Source: Camelus ferus
Lineage: Eukaryota
Length of the DNA stretch: 64,000 nt
Assembly: GCF_009834535.1 (NCBI RefSeq)
Contig: NC_045711.1
Coordinates: forward strand, 1,426,001-1,490,000
Reading direction: 5' to 3'
A program made the translations under genes and the position numbers. The notes beneath the pieces were generated by a model. That model was not told the origin of the DNA, did no database searches, and saw nothing but the letters and a program-made list of their open reading frames with translations. Positions 1 through 13,214 of this stretch are shown one piece after another; within the stretch, counting starts at the first letter, position 1, and each line of letters starts with the position of its first letter.

Positions 1-2
1 TC

Positions 3-929
3 ATCTCAGAGTTCCTCCTCCTGGGCCTGCCCATTGAACCAGATCAGCGAGACCTGTTCTATGCTCTGTTCCTGGCCATGTATCTTACCACCATCCTTGG
101 GAACCTCCTCATCATTGTCCTCATTCGACTGGACTCTCACCTCCACACGCCCATGTATTTGTTTCTCAGCAATTTGTCTTTCTCTGACCTCTGCTTTTCC
201 TCTGTCACAATGCCCAAATTGCTGCAGAACATGCAGAGTGAAGTCCCATCCATCCCGTATGCAGGATGCCTGACCCAAATGTACTTCTTCCTGCTTTTTG
301 CAGACCTAGAGAGCTTCCTCCTTGTGGCCATGGCCTATGACCGCTATGTGGCCATCTGCTTCCCCCTGCACTACACCACCATCATGAGCCCCAAGCTCTG
401 TCTGTCCCTGGTGGTGCTGTCCTGGGTGCTGACCATATTCATCTCTTTGTTGCACACCTTGCTGATGGCTCAACTGTCTTTCTGTGCTGATAATGTGATC
501 CCCCACTTTTTCTGTGACATGTCAGCTCTGCTAAAGTTGGCCTGCTCTGACATTCAGATAAATGAAATGGTGATTTTTATCTTGGGTGGGCTTGTCATTA
601 TTGTTCCATTTCTGTTGATCTTTTTATCCTATGCTCGAATAGTGTCCTCCATCCTCAAGGTCCCTTCTGCCAGGGGTATCCGCAAGGCCTTCTCCACCTG
701 TGGCTCCCACCTCTCTGTGGTGTCTCTCTTTTATGGGACAATCATTGGCCTCTACTTGTGCCCTTCAGCTAACAATTCTACTGTTAAGGAGACTCTCATG
801 GCTGTGATGTACACTGTGGTGACCCCCATGCTGAACCCCTTTATTTACAGTCTGAGGAATCAAGACATAAAGGGAGCCCTGGGAAGAGCCTTTTCAAAGC
901 AGACAATTCACTTTTCTCTGGGACAGTGA
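3..929 (+). CDS. OR1E1: Olfactory receptor, family 1 subfamily E (OR1E-like), 5'-partial
   Basis: Frame is open from base 3 ([28 protein letters not shown]...) to TGA 927-929. Motifs [26 protein letters not shown] and [12 protein letters not shown] are present. The start codon lies outside the window. Symbol assigned from subfamily similarity plus tail-to-tail position next to OR1R1. Confidence 0.93.
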   Translation: MSEFLLLGLPIEPDQRDLFYALFLAMYLTTILGNLLIIVLIRLDSHLHTPMYLFLSNLSFSDLCFSSVTMPKLLQNMQSEVPSIPYAGCLTQMYFFLLFADLESFLLVAMAYDRYVAICFPLHYTTIMSPKLCLSLVVLSWVLTIFISLLHTLLMAQLSFCADNVIPHFFCDMSALLKLACSDIQINEMVIFILGGLVIIVPFLLIFLSYARIVSSILKVPSARGIRKAFSTCGSHLSVVSLFYGTIIGLYLCPSANNSTVKETLMAVMYTVVTPMLNPFIYSLRNQDIKGALGRAFSKQTIHFSLGQ

Positions 930-3403
930 CTTTAAAGATTAAAGTATGTTTTCAGATAGTAGGTGTAATACTGACAATAAGTAGCATTCTGAATAGTCTA
1001 GGAGCACTCAAGCTTGGCACTACTAATGCAGCCCCCACAGCACTTCGAAGGGGTGTTTTCCCAAATGTAATTAGATGAGGGTCCATTGTGCCTCTTGGGT
1101 TTACCACTGTGTCTTGGGTGTGATGTAGCACAAGGGCTGACATGTAGTGGACACTCGATGACTGTTAGTTCGATTTTGAATAAATACGACTGTAACCTTG
1201 GTGTTTACTGCAGTCAAAGAATGTATAATAGTTCCTAATTCTCTAGAAGATAAATCCGAATTCCTCAGCCACTTCAGTGCTTTGCTTTTGCCAAACATAT
1301 CTGTTCCATGAAGAATATCTTCCAATTTATTATGTGGTTGCTATTGTAATAGTTTACTCTCCAGGATCATCATGTCTCCCCTTGCTAGCCCATTCAGTTC
1401 TTCATTTTATTTTCGGTTGTTGATTGAGTCACCCTTTAAATGACCACATTCTAAAATTATCTCTTTCCCTTTAATTGTACCAATCATTTATCGGTTAATG
1501 GCAAATTACTTCTTTTGATAATGTCTATATTTTGGATGAGAATTCCTCTTTTGAATTAAAATCATATGATATGGAATGGACCGTAGAATTCTGTTATGAA
1601 TTTCTTAATTTATAGACAGTAAAATGGTGGCCCATCTAGAGCCGAAGGTAACACAAATAGTGATAGAAGGACTAGAATCTATTTATGATCCCTGGGTAGA
1701 GTTTTTCTGCTGGAATATTATGCTGAAATTACTTGATGCTTTTTTTGTTTACTTCTTTTCTTATCACATATATTGCAAGTGTCTTGAAGACAGGTGCCTT
1801 GTGCCTTCTAATCCCTGCAATGCCTCATTCAGTGCCTTGTATCTGTTAGACAAAGAATAAATATTTATTGATTTGATTTGAATGTATTTTGGTGTGTTTC
1901 TTGAAATGAATTTATGTCTTAAAAATCTCACCTTTTAAAAGAAGTCTTCCTAATAATGGCAGCTTTTATTTCATTTCTTCTTCAGAAAATTTTATTGATT
2001 ATGAAAATAATGCATTCTCACCAGGAAATATCCAAACAGCAAAGAAATAAATAATAGAGTGGAATGTGTGGATCTCCCATTGTTCTGCACTTCCTTCCAT
2101 GATGGCAGTTAAAAGTTGGGGAATGCTCTTCTAAATATTGTCAATGCACAGACTAACTTTATATACAACAAATCAATAGGACTAGCTGCCATTTTCTCAC
2201 TGTTGTTACTTGAAATATATTCTGAATTCATAATTTCATATAAAGACATGTAACTATTTTAGAAGCATTATAGTGTTTTGTTGAACGGGTGCATTTACCA
2301 TAATTTATTTAAGTAATTTATTCTTGATGGACATTTGGGTTGTTTTCAGTTTTTTATTATTTTGAGCAATGCTTCAGTTTTATTTCCTGGTTCATATGTG
2401 TTTTGTGTGTGTGTGTGTGTGTGTGTGGACTTATGCTGTGTTACTATGGACACATTCTTAGAAATGAGTGTACTCAATCAAAGGATGTGAATTTTTACAA
2501 TTGGATAGAAACCACCTCCAAAGAGTTCTTCTAAGGTAGACGCCCTCCAGAATTAAATGAGAGCAGGTTATTTCTTTACAATGTTTCCCAAACTGGATAT
2601 TTTGCTTTCAAAATATTTATCAACCTGATGTCCCAAACTATGAGATTTTTCTATTTTTAAATTGAATTTCTGTGTATGTCAGTGACGTCAAACACTTCTT
2701 TATACTGATGAGCTTTTGATGTGTTATTTGTGCATATTCTTTGCTTTGAGTCGAGTTTTTCCCTATGAATAGCATTGCTTTATCTGTCTTGTAGGTTGCA
2801 TTTCCCTCAGTTATTCATCTTTTGACTTTGATATGGTGTATTTTCCCCTTGCTGAAGATTGCGAATTTCAAAGTAGACAAATCACTTGATCTTTATTTCG
2901 GATATACTTTTTTTCTTTGACATGCTTGGAGAGGGCTCTTCTATCCTGAAATTATGTTATCCCATTTTTATCCCTAGTTCCTATAAACTTGTAGTTTCTA
3001 CATCTCTATCTTTGATCCACCTTCAGATCTATCTTGTTATATCCCAATAAAAACGTTGTTGGGAAATAAACTGAAGTTATGTTGAATTATTACATTGATT
3101 TATGAGGGAGAGTTGGCTATTTATAAAGTTGTTTTATAAACTCCAAAATTTAAAATTAGACTCTATTTCAAACATCCAGACAATACAGAAACGAATTTCA
3201 CTTATTGCTCTGTATCCATCCCTGTGAATAAACACCTTGTCACGTTTGCTTCAGGTCTAATTTTTAATTTAACAAGAAATTAAGACACTGTAGGAATAAA
3301 AATTGCTAGTGCTTTGGAAAGCTAAAACAAAACGGGGGCAAGGGTAGAGCGTAGTTCTCTTGTAGTCATTATTGTTGAAACGCCAGTGAATCCAGACCTG
3401 CCC

Positions 3404-4350
3404 TCACACCTCTTGGGGTGCAGCTCTCCATCGGAACCCCCTTTTTAGGGCGTCCTTGACCTCTTTGTTGCGAAGGCTGTAGATGAAAGGGTTCAGGGTC
3501 GGTGTGACTACTGCATAGACCACGCTAGCCAGGCGGTCGTAGTGGGCAGAGTAGGCAGACGACGGCCGGAAATAGACCGAGAGGACCGAGCTGAAGAAAA
3601 GCGACACCACCACCAGGTGGGCCCCGCAGGTGGAGAAGGCGCGGCGCCGCCCCTCCGCAGACCGCACTCCCAGCACCGCGACGAGGATGCGCACGTAGGA
3701 CAGGGACACCAGGAGCAGCGGGGTCAGCACCACGGCCAGGCCCTCGGAGAAGACGGCTGTCTCCACGGCAGACGTGTCCGAGGTCGCCAGGCTCAGCATC
3801 ACCGTCATGTCACAGAAGAAGTGGCGCACGGGGGCGGATCGCGGGTAGGAGAGCTGGGACATGAGTAGCGTGTGCAGCAGCGAGTGCAGGTGGGCCACCG
3901 CCCAGGACGCCCCCACCAGCGCTGCAGACCGCCAGGGAGTCATGACCGCGCCGTAGTGCAGGGGGCGTCAGACGGCCACTGCGCGGTCGTAGGACATGGC
4001 GGCCAGCAGGTAGCTCTCGGTGATGCCCAAAGCCCCGAAGAAGTACATCTGGGCAAAGCATCCCTGGAAGGACACGGCCTGGCCCGGGTGGAGCAGGCCG
4101 GCCAGCAGTCTGGGGACAGTGACGGTGGTAAAGCAGAGGTCCACGAGGCTCAGGTGGCCCAAGAAGTAATACATGGGGGAGCGGAGAGCCCCGTCAGACC
4201 TTACCACCACCACCATGCTCAGGTTGCCCAGGGCATTGACCAAGGTAGACACCAAGGAAGATCAGGAACAACAGCAGGTGGATGTCTGTCCCGTCCATCA
4301 GGCCCAGGAGGAGGAACTCTGGGGCAGAGGTGCAGGTTGGCCAGGGCCAT
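3404..4350 (-). pseudogene. OR1R1P: OR1R1-like olfactory receptor pseudogene (two +1 frameshifts and one nonsense codon)
   Basis: ATG at 4350-4348 (MALAN..TSAPEFLLLGL). Extra bases at 4335/4336 and 4242/4243. In-frame TGA at 3970-3968 replaces the Cys of YDRAVAVC-RPLHY. Length 947 = 945+2. Retains RSPMYYFL, RAFSTCGAHL and [12 protein letters not shown]. Confidence 0.88.
3440..4200. other. CpG-island-like GC/CpG-rich segment coinciding with the OR1R1-like coding region
   Basis: Dense CG dinucleotides (e.g. gcgcggcgccgc, cggcagacgtgtccg, cgcgccgtag), unlike the AT-rich flanks and the other ORs. Judged by eye, not computed. Confidence 0.75.
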
Positions 4351-4544
4351 GGGGTGCCCGCACAAGTGGGGGTGCTGAGGGGAAAGAGGAGGCAGTGGGC
4401 CTAAATTCTGGCACCTCTAGGTAGACTTCTGCATGTTGAGGTTCCGTGTAATATTTTAAAACTGCTGCTTGCTAAAATGGCTTAAAAACCGGTTTTATGA
4501 AAAAACTGAATTTCAGAAGGGTGTTCTAGGGTAGTGAGCCTCAA

Positions 4545-4740
4545 GCTTTGGAGTAGATCAAACCTGATTTTGAGTCCTGGCTCTATCACTCAAGTGATGT
4601 GACCTCTCTGACCCTCAGTTTCTTCTTCTTTTTTAAGTGAGGAACATACTAGTTGCTACCCCTACAGTTGTGAGGATGGAGCAGATAATAAATCTAAAGC
4701 TCTTGGCACAGTGCCGCACTCAAACTGTCATTTAGCTAAC
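4545..4740 (+). mobile_element. MIR SINE
   Basis: gagtcctggctctatcact...tgtgacctctctgaccctcagtttc...gtgaggat, resembling the MIR core. Confidence 0.75.
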
Positions 4741-6829
4741 TATCTTCATCTTCAACATCATCATCATTTGCTTAGTCAGCCAGCAGTTGGGGCAGAATTG
4801 GGACCCAGGCAATCTGAATACCAGTCGAAGGTTTTTCACTAGACACCTTAACCGCATTTGCCATTCATTTATTCAGCACGTATTATGCGGTAGCTCAGAG
4901 GGCTATAGTTTTTTAAGTATGCTTTTCTTAATCTCCGCTGAAACCTGCTTCTTCCTAACTTCCACAAGTGGCCCCAGTTTTGGACCTCTGGAGGCTACAC
5001 ATCAAATCTGCTTTCTCTGCAGTTTTTCACATAGTGTTTGAAGAAATCTATTCTAGGTCTACTAGTCTTCTTTTCTCCAACCCAAACACCCCCTGGTGCT
5101 TTAGATTCTTTCTTATAGGACCCATTTTCCAGGTCCTTTCCCACTCTGGTCACCTGTGCTTTGTTTTTCTTAATGGGAAGAGGACACAGTGCTCTAGCTG
5201 CGGTTGGGCTGCGTGGACGTTCCCAGGGGGCAGTAAACAGCTCAACGGTACACTTCATACCTATTTATCGAGTGTCTGCTTTGGATCAGGCGTTGTGTTT
5301 CTCTCTAGGACTATAAAGGTAGGTCAGCCATTGTCCTTAACCTCCAGCCGTGCCAATGTAATAAGCAGTTCACTAAATGTGAACAAAGTAGGAGTGATTT
5401 TTTTCTGCTTGGCTGATTCAGGGAAGATTCCAAAGAAGAGGGGTTTGAACTGGGGTTAGAAGAATGGGTAGGAGATCACCAGACAGAGACTTGGGAGTGA
5501 GAAGGGAATTTCAGGCAGTGCAGGAGAGCCAAAATGGGGCTGCTTCTTCCTTACTGCTATAAGACAGAGTAGAGTGGGGTGGGAAGGAAAATAGAACAAA
5601 AGGCGTCTCACCTGAAGGGCAGCATGCCAGGCCTCAACACTGTCTGCTGGGTCTGTGGGCTGGTCTCCCTCCTGGTCAGAGGTCCCCGGTCTTTAGGACA
5701 GATGCAGCATGAACCCTCTCTGCCCCGAAACTTCAGCGCATTTCCTGTGGGCTTGGACAGCAGCCTTTGAGAGAGAGAAAGCCAGCACTGTAAGGGCCCT
5801 GGAATTCCTGATCATGCTGTTTCCACTCAGCCCTGCTGCCTTGCCAGTCTCCCCATTGCCCACTGGATACAGTGTGAACTGCTCAGCATGACATCCAGAG
5901 CTTTCCAGCTTGGTTCCCAGCATTCTTCTCCAGCCTCGGCTTGCTGCTTCCACATGCTTCCTTCCCAGACCCCAGCCAGGTTGGCCTTGTCACTATCCCT
6001 TGCTTAAACCTTTCTCCCATGCCTTTCCTGCACACTGGTCTTCCTACCCCATCCGAGTACCCAACTCTGGCTCCACCTCCCCCAGGAAGCCCCACCTCCT
6101 TTCTTGACTTTTCCAGCACACATGAATGCCTCTCTCTATCTCTCATAGCCCTCATTTGGAACTTAGCCCTCATCTGCTGGTATTAAAGTGACTTTTGCTG
6201 CTGTGATGTTCATTTTCCCCACTAGATGACAAGCCTTCTGAGGGCAAATATTTAGTTGTCTGTTCCCATCTGGCTTTAGGCCTGGCACAGGGCTTTATTT
6301 TAAATCTCCTGGCAGTCAAGGAAGGCTCCAAAGAGGAGGTGGCATTTGAGCAGGGCCAGATTGAAGGACAAGGCATTCACTGGATGGACAAGAGTGGAAG
6401 AAAATTCTGGAGAGAGGGAATAACATGTATAAAGGAAATTACAAAGGAAACAGCAGAGAAGTTATGTAATCTCTTCACTTAGAAAATAGTAGGTGCTTAA
6501 TAAATGTCAATTTCCTCCCCTACCCAGCCCCTAAACACTTTTGGTAATGGGAGATATATTGACGAGCTTCAGTTGGCTCCCCATGAGATACCTGGCACAG
6601 GGCTTATTTCTCTGGATGCTAAGTGGATGTTGTCAACCTAGAGCCCTTTCCTGAAGTCCGGGCATGGCAGTGTCTACTTTGAAATGGATAGGAAAAATTC
6701 ACTTAAGGTCATCAAATGAGGCAGAGATACTTAGGATCTAGGATCAGAAACCCCATTTCTTAGGCAGCTTGCAGCCCTAAATCTTATATGAAGAAGGTCA
6801 CCTTTGTAGGAAACACTTAGATGCACCAA

Positions 6830-7100
6830 GACGCAGAGGCACACGGGGATACAAGCCTACCCACCGACATAGACACAGCCTGATAAATCCAGACACACAC
6901 ACATGCCAGAGATACACTCACACCCACTAGGACGGGAATATGCATATTTAGGCACATGTAGGCACATGTAGACACCTGCTTACGGTCATTTACACCCAGG
7001 ATAGACACATACACAGATTCACTCACAGATCCACCCATATACATACACGCCACATACACATGAAGACCCAGACACAGACCCACCCCTACACACAAAAATG
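6830..7100. repeat. Degenerate CA-rich low-complexity tract
   Basis: Interrupted acac/catacac runs. Confidence 0.6.
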
Positions 7101-7402
7101 CCAGAGGCACAAAGAGACCTCCACGGAACGTCCCAGGCACTTGAGACCACGAAGGAGCCTGTACATAAAACCAACAACTCCCTCCTTCCTGTCTGTTGCC
7201 TTAGGTCTCCACCTGCCGTAACAGAGTGGGGAGTGGGTGGTGGCCCCCAGCACTCTGAGTTCTGGGAGTTTCTATCCAATTCCTTGACCCCAATCTCTTG
7301 CTGGTCAGCCCAGATTCTTCTCTCCATGGTGCCCCAAATAACTTCCTCTGCAACTGCAGTTTTAACCCAAGATGAGCCCTTTCTTCTTTTTTGTGTGTGT
7401 GT

Positions 7403-7404
<2 letters not shown>

Positions 7405-7457
<53 letters not shown>

Positions 7458-7469
7458 TATATATATATA
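7405..7469. repeat. (TA)n microsatellite abutting an L1 poly(A) tail
   Basis: Direct atatat... run with one caca interruption. Confidence 0.95.
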
Positions 7470-7975
7470 AATTTTTTTTATTGAAGTATAGTCAGTTTAC
7501 AATGTTTTGTCAATTTCTGGTGTACAGCATAATGCTTCAGTCATATAGGAACACACATATATTCATTTTCATACTCTTTTTCACCATAAGTTACTACAAG
7601 ATATTGAATATAGTTCTCTGCGCTATACAGTATGAATTTGTTGTTTATCTGTTTTATGTATAGTAGTTAGTATCTGCAAATCTTGAACTCCCAGTTTATC
7701 CCTTCCCACCCTCTTCCCACCTCCAGTAACCATAAGTTTGTTTTTCTATGTCTGTGGGTCTGTTTCTGTCTTGTAAANNNNNNNNNNNNNNNNNNNNNNN
7801 NNNNNNNNNNNNNNNNNNNNNNNNNNNNNNNNNNNNNNNNNNNNNNNNNNNNNNNNNNNNNNNNNNNNNNNNNNNNNNNNNNNNNNNNNNNNNNNNNNNN
7901 NNNNNNNNNNNNNNATTTTTTTTATGGCCGAGTAGTATTCCATTGTATAAAGATACCACAACTTATTCATCAAGT
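7470..7975 (-). mobile_element. 5'-truncated cetartiodactyl-type L1, 3' end
   Basis: T-run followed by attgaagtatagtcagtttacaatg...agttactacaagatattgaatatagtt...gagtagtattccattgtat. Contains N gap 7778-7914. Confidence 0.85.
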
Positions 7976-8224
7976 CACAGGATGAGCCCTTTTATTTGGA
8001 GGGCTTCCTCCCCTCCTCTGCTTTCCTTTGCTAACTTCTCTTTCATTTTTCTTAAATAATGATCTTACCTGCTGTACCTTTCCTATGTCAGGCAGGTACT
8101 CAAGCACCAGGGACACATTGGCTGTTACTTCTCATTTCTCTCACTCAGATACTTGATTTTCTCACTTTGCTTTCCCACTCTTGATTATGCCATTCCCTCC
8201 CAGCAAGTCTCCTGCCTGACCACT

Positions 8225-8400
8225 TACCTGTGAGCATAAACAGGCTCTGCCCTCTGCACGACATACCAGAGGCTGATATGCTTCTAGCAAGGGAGTTAAA
8301 GCAGGTATGCCCCTGAGAGGAAGGTTTACCTCAATAGCCAAAGGCATGAGGAATGGAATGAGGGCTGGGAGCAGAGGGATCACCCACTAATTAATTATCC
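8225..8400 (-). promoter_or_regulatory. Candidate promoter and 5' non-coding exon of the OR1R1-like gene
   Basis: On the minus strand: TAATTAATTA (~8388-8397), O/E-like TCTCAGGGG (~8309-8317), then strong donor CAG|GTAAGT near 8228 and a second CAG|GTAAGA near 8069. About 4 kb upstream of the ATG. Inference only. Confidence 0.45.
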
Positions 8401-9799
8401 AGGAAACTGCACAGAGAGCTACAGTGACCTCTGCACCCACTGGCCCTGTGAGGACCACTCCATTACCCTGCTAGAAAGACTGGGAGAAAGGGAATGGAGG
8501 AGTCTGGGAGTCTAGAATTGAGGTAGACACTCCTCTGCGTGGTGGCACTTGCACTGGCCCTGTGTGCTCAGAGGATGCTATCTCTCCCCTTCCTGCTTCT
8601 AAGACCCCAGAGAAAACATCCAGGGTCGAAGAGGTGAACATTTCTGTGACAGCAAATGTGGAGAAGAAATTCATCAAGCAAGCTTTTTACTAATTACACA
8701 GCCATCAGCAATGGCTGGATGTGCCTTCTCCCCACTGTGAAGTGCTATTATGACTTTTAGTATTAATTTTTCTTTTCTTGTTTTTTTGCTTCTGTGGAAA
8801 ATAGAAAATTATTTTTATTTCCTTTGACTGTTAAGTACATTTCTCTACAATCACAAGCAGTGTAGCTGTGCTCATGGATTTACCTGCCTGTTTCCAGCAC
8901 AGAGCAGCCAACTCTAAATCAGGGTCTCAGGCCTATGTTGGGTTTTGCACCTGAAAAGCAATAAGCCATAAAACAGGACATTTAATGTTTGCACTTTCTC
9001 TTTTGTGTAAACCATTTAATATAAGTTCTGTATGTATATTAGCATAGTTATAATTCTCAGAAAAATGAATAAACATAAAATGATTATCATCAAGTTTTGC
9101 ATTGATTTGAGTTGATTTGTGGAGTAATTTCTAAATATGTACTATGTTAAAATTAGAATGATTAAATAACGTTGCATGTCCATTGCATGAACACAAAAAG
9201 AAATATATATAATATTTTAAATTTTTATAATTTAATAATGTATTTATTAGTAATACAAATATTTTTAAGATTTTATATAATATTTCTATTATTATAACAA
9301 TAATACAAATATACCTGTATGTACCTATTTTATATTTCTATGTTATAAAAATAAATAAATAAAAAATTTTAATATTTCCTTCCAAAGTACCAAAGTGAAA
9401 AATTACACTCTAAGCACAATTATTAGTATTGTTACTATTTTGTAAAGAGGATATCACATTAGTTTGTGTTAATCTTAAGCAGAACCTCAGGGGAAGTCAG
9501 GATTTTGTAAAGTTTTCCAGGAAGCCTCAGAAGTTTTGTGGAGGACTTGAAACTTGCCCTGGCTGTGGTCTTTGAAAGTTTGAAAGTTCAAGGCAATTTT
9601 ATCTGGATCTCTAAATCAAAAGGGTCTGGCTGACATCTGAGTTAATCAGTTGTTTTTTTTTTTTAAGAAAAAAAGAATGTATATGTCAATTATATCTCAG
9701 TAACATTGGGGGAAAAAAGACTGGACGATAGTATACTGGAATAATAATAGTAGGATTATAGCTATTTTGTTCTTTTTATTTTAAAAATAATAGCCCTTA

Positions 9800-9900
9800 G
9801 GGTTCTGGTTCAAAAAAGTGAAGCAGGAAGATCCAGAACTCGTTCCTCCCACAAACATACTGAACCTACAGCTACGGTGGAACAATTTCCTCTAAAAATA
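9800..9900 (+). mobile_element. L1 5'UTR fragment
   Basis: gcaggaagatccagaactcgttcctcccacaaacatactgaacctacagctac...ggaacaatttcctct resembles laurasiatherian L1 5' ends. Confidence 0.55.
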
Positions 9901-10962
9901 ATAGTTCCTATTTCCCACAATCGCCTTTCTTTACCTAAATAATTAGAAAATAGTCATCAAAATAATCTATGGACAGCCAGTGAGACTAGGACAGAAACTC
10001 TGTAATACTGTACATGTTGCTATGTTCCTATTATTGAGTGATTGATACTGGTGGAGCCAATAGAAGATTTACATACAGTTTGACAAAATTCTTAATGGGA
10101 ACTTAAACCCAGCTGACAGGGCTCAGTGATATCCACCTGGAATACAGACTCACCATTTGCCCGTGAGAGATTTGTACTAGACCCAGAAGTTCCTGCCTTT
10201 ATGATGTCCTGGGAGTGCTAAATTTCAAAGTTTTAGAAGTCTGGGACAGGGAAAATGAGGAGGCTCTAAAAGAATGACTCCATCTCACAGGGTTTACAAA
10301 AGGGGGGTACAAAAGAGTGGTAATGTAAGTGTAAATGTATGGAAAGAGAAGCTATTACAGAGCAAGGTCCTACCATTCTCAGACCTACCCAAGGGCCATG
10401 CTCCCCGCCCTGGGGTCATGCAAAGCCCAAAGCCAGGAGCTGAGATTTTGACCAGAGGATAATACTGAAAACACAGAGGACTTCCCCATACTGCTCTTTG
10501 GAGGCGTTATCAGCCTATCAGCTTGCATCTCACTACCACCCCACCCCACCCATGACCCCCTGAAGCTAGACCTACATAGAAGCTTAGGGAACTTGCTTCC
10601 AGTGCTTTAAGTGGGGACTCTTACAGGCAGGAATCAACAAATGAAGGTTAGTAGACAGCTAGGAGGGAGATCCAAACTGAATCATCTGAATACATGGTTC
10701 TCATAGGAACCGATTTAATGGAGGACACAAGAGAGTGCTCAAAATTTCTAAGGCATGTTCTCGATGAGATCCGGAAGACCTTGTTTTGTTAAATCAAGAG
10801 AAGTTTGCAAAGATAGGGTCTCAACAACAAATGGTTCTTGGGAAAAAAACCCTCCTCAATTTTTGAAGAAAAGAACTAGGTTTATCACTGTAGAAAACTG
10901 AATTAAGACTCTAGAACCAACTTCTAGAATTTTACCATTTGAAACTTGGCCGTCTTTACCGT

Positions 10963-11392
10963 TGTCGACCAAGAAATACAGAAGGTCACAAATAAGAGTT
11001 TAAGGTCTTAGGATTTGCAATTCGGGAGACACAGATTCGGGTAAAATGGAAGAATGTTCCAGGGAAGAGAAAAAGTCAGGGGCTAATAAAGGCAAAAGCC
11101 ACAAGTTTGCTGAAGTTGTCTGGCAAGAATTATGATTGATTCTGATGTAAGAAAGGAAATATTTGTATTTATGGGATAGTTTGTTATGAGTTATTTAGGA
11201 TAAGGGTCCGATAAGTATTCTGAATTTCTGGAACATTGAGTAAATGTTCTGGATGTCTGCATTAGGACAATAAATGGTCAAAGTTCAGATTCCATCTGGC
11301 CTGAGATGTGCATAAGTAACACTTCCTCAATGGCCTCCTGCCTCTATTTTAGAGAGTTCTCTTAGCAATACCAACTGTATTTTCCTTTCACA
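10963..11392 (-). mobile_element. ERV1 solo LTR (MER34/MER39-like)
   Basis: Reverse complement reads TGTGAAAGGAAAATA...GGTCGACA (TG..CA). Imperfect 4-bp TSD ccgt/ccat. Confidence 0.7.
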
Positions 11393-11399
11393 CCATGCA

Positions 11400-11540
11400 T
11401 ATACATCATATGGGGGATCTTGTTTAAATGCAGATTTTGATTTAGTAGGTTTGGGGAGGGACTGTGACTCTGAATTTCCAACAAGCTTTCACATAAGGCA
11501 GATGCTGCTGGGTTGCAGACCACACTTTGAGTAGCAAGAT
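11400..11540. mobile_element. MER5A-like hAT DNA transposon remnant
   Basis: aaatgcagattttgatttagtaggtttgggg...gcagaccacactttgagtagcaag. Confidence 0.75.
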
Positions 11541-11908
11541 CTAGAAGATCTGCAGAAAGGATTACAGAAAAATGACAAGAAAAAAATAAGAATTAGAAAT
11601 GATGAATTAAAAGAGAAGGAGAAGAGTATAATGGACATTTTTTTTCCTACTTAGCATTCATTCTCTTTTAATTTTCTACCCTGGTTTCTTTTCGTGTCAT
11701 TTTCCTCTCCTTTGTAGACAACTATAATGATCTGAATCCCACTGCCAGGTTTTCCCCTGGCTAAGGAGTGGACTCAGGATCCAGGACAAACCAGTTGAAC
11801 ACTCTCTCCTGGGGTCCACATTTGTATGGAATTTTCGTAATATATATTCTCTTATCCTTAACACCATGCTTCCAAGAGTCTTCCAGATATTCAGGTGTTG
11901 GTTTGGTT

Positions 11909-12228
11909 TGTTGACCTAAAACAAATTAACTCCAGCAAAGATGGGTTTATTTGAGATCAGCGGAGAATTTAAGGTCTGCAACCATAGAGAGCCATGTTCA
12001 AGTCCCCCCACAGCAAGGGAAGGAGAGTGCTTCTATAAGGAGGAAAAGGAAGTTTGGAGAGCTGTAGCAAACAAAGAGTCTATGGATTTCATTGGCTGAG
12101 TCCTTGCCAGGGAGGAAGAGGAGTCTCTTCTTCCTGTTGGGTTCTGCTGTCATCTCAGAGCAGGGGAGCTCCCCCTTCTGGTCAACCAACTCTATCTAAA
12201 TGAAGTTTCTGTTTACAAATTTTTAACA
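11909..12228 (-). mobile_element. ERV1-type solo LTR (same family as 17232-17570)
   Basis: tgttgacc...ttttaaca ends, tttatt (AATAAA on minus strand), flanks ggtt/agtt. Confidence 0.7.
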
Positions 12229-12539
12229 AGTTCATGTTCATGGCTATATTACACTCTATTGTATTAATATACAACAGTATATTCTTCTATTCTAATGATG
12301 ATGGGCATTTGGATTTTCAACGGGCTATCATGAATAATGCTTATTTTCATCTTTACTGATACTGACAGACTGCTCTTCAAAGATGTTGTAACAATGTGCA
12401 TTCGCACCATCTCTTCCCACCAGCATAAGAGATTCTAGCTGCTGTGTCTTTGTCAACATTCAGTATCGTCAGTTTTTAACTTTAGCCATTCTGGTGGATG
12501 TGTAGTAATCTTCCTCTAATTTCCTTAATTTTATTGGTA

Positions 12540-13214
12540 GTTGGAAATATTAATTGGAACAGAAAAAATTTGTGAATGTCTGGAGAGAGAAACTCAGAGT
12601 AGAACTGAGACAAGAAGGGGGCCGGGCACAGCCATTCAAGGAAAGATACAGCAATTAACATCAAAATGGTGGAAGATTCAACCCCCAGTAGGCCCTGAGG
12701 CTCAAGATGGTGGGAGATTTGACTTCTGGCAGACCTTGAGCTTCATTATACGCCCACTGTAATATATTAACATGGTAAATAACACGCCCACAGGCAAGAT
12801 GACAGTCCCAAGGCTAGCTACAAAAGGTCAAAGAGTGCGAAATGGCCAACTTTCTGGGAATCCCAGCCCCTTCCCCAGGTTAGACTGGTCCTTCCACTTA
12901 TTAGCATATGAAGCCACCAAGCCCATAAAAACTTGCAACCCCTCTCTCTCTCCCTCTTCCGAGACTGCGCACACTCTGTCTATGGAGTGTGTACCTACTT
13001 TTAATCTGAGCACCCAACCCCACACCTCATGGCCTTTCTTTTGCCTTTCAATGTATCTCTCTGAATAAATCTACCTTTACTCAACTGTGGCTCACTCTTG
13101 AATTCTTTCCTTTGCGAAGCCAAGGACCCACACTTGGCGGGGCACGTCCCAGGGGCTCAACCAAATCCTGGGACACGGCCCTTCTCACGCCCCACATCCG
13201 TTTTTCCTGCATCA
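12540..13214 (+). mobile_element. ERV1-type LTR
   Basis: LTR-like composition, AATAAA in ctgaataaatc, ends ...ttttcctgcatca. Left edge uncertain, no TSD found. Confidence 0.65.

Noticed and set aside
3542-4424. Overlapping plus-strand ORFs (108, 168 and 83 aa) opposite OR1R1-like, and similar shadow ORFs over the other ORs
   Set aside because: Antisense or alternative-frame by-products of GC-rich OR coding sequence, with no independent protein features.
7019-7985. ORFs with YI repeats or X runs
   Set aside because: Artefacts of the (TA)n microsatellite and the N gap.
10030-10280. Stop-interrupted reading VIDTGGANRRF...YDVLGVLNFKVLEVWDRE, resembling a protease or GTPase motif
   Set aside because: Only a short motif-like match with internal stops amid repeat debris, too weak without tBLASTn/Dfam.
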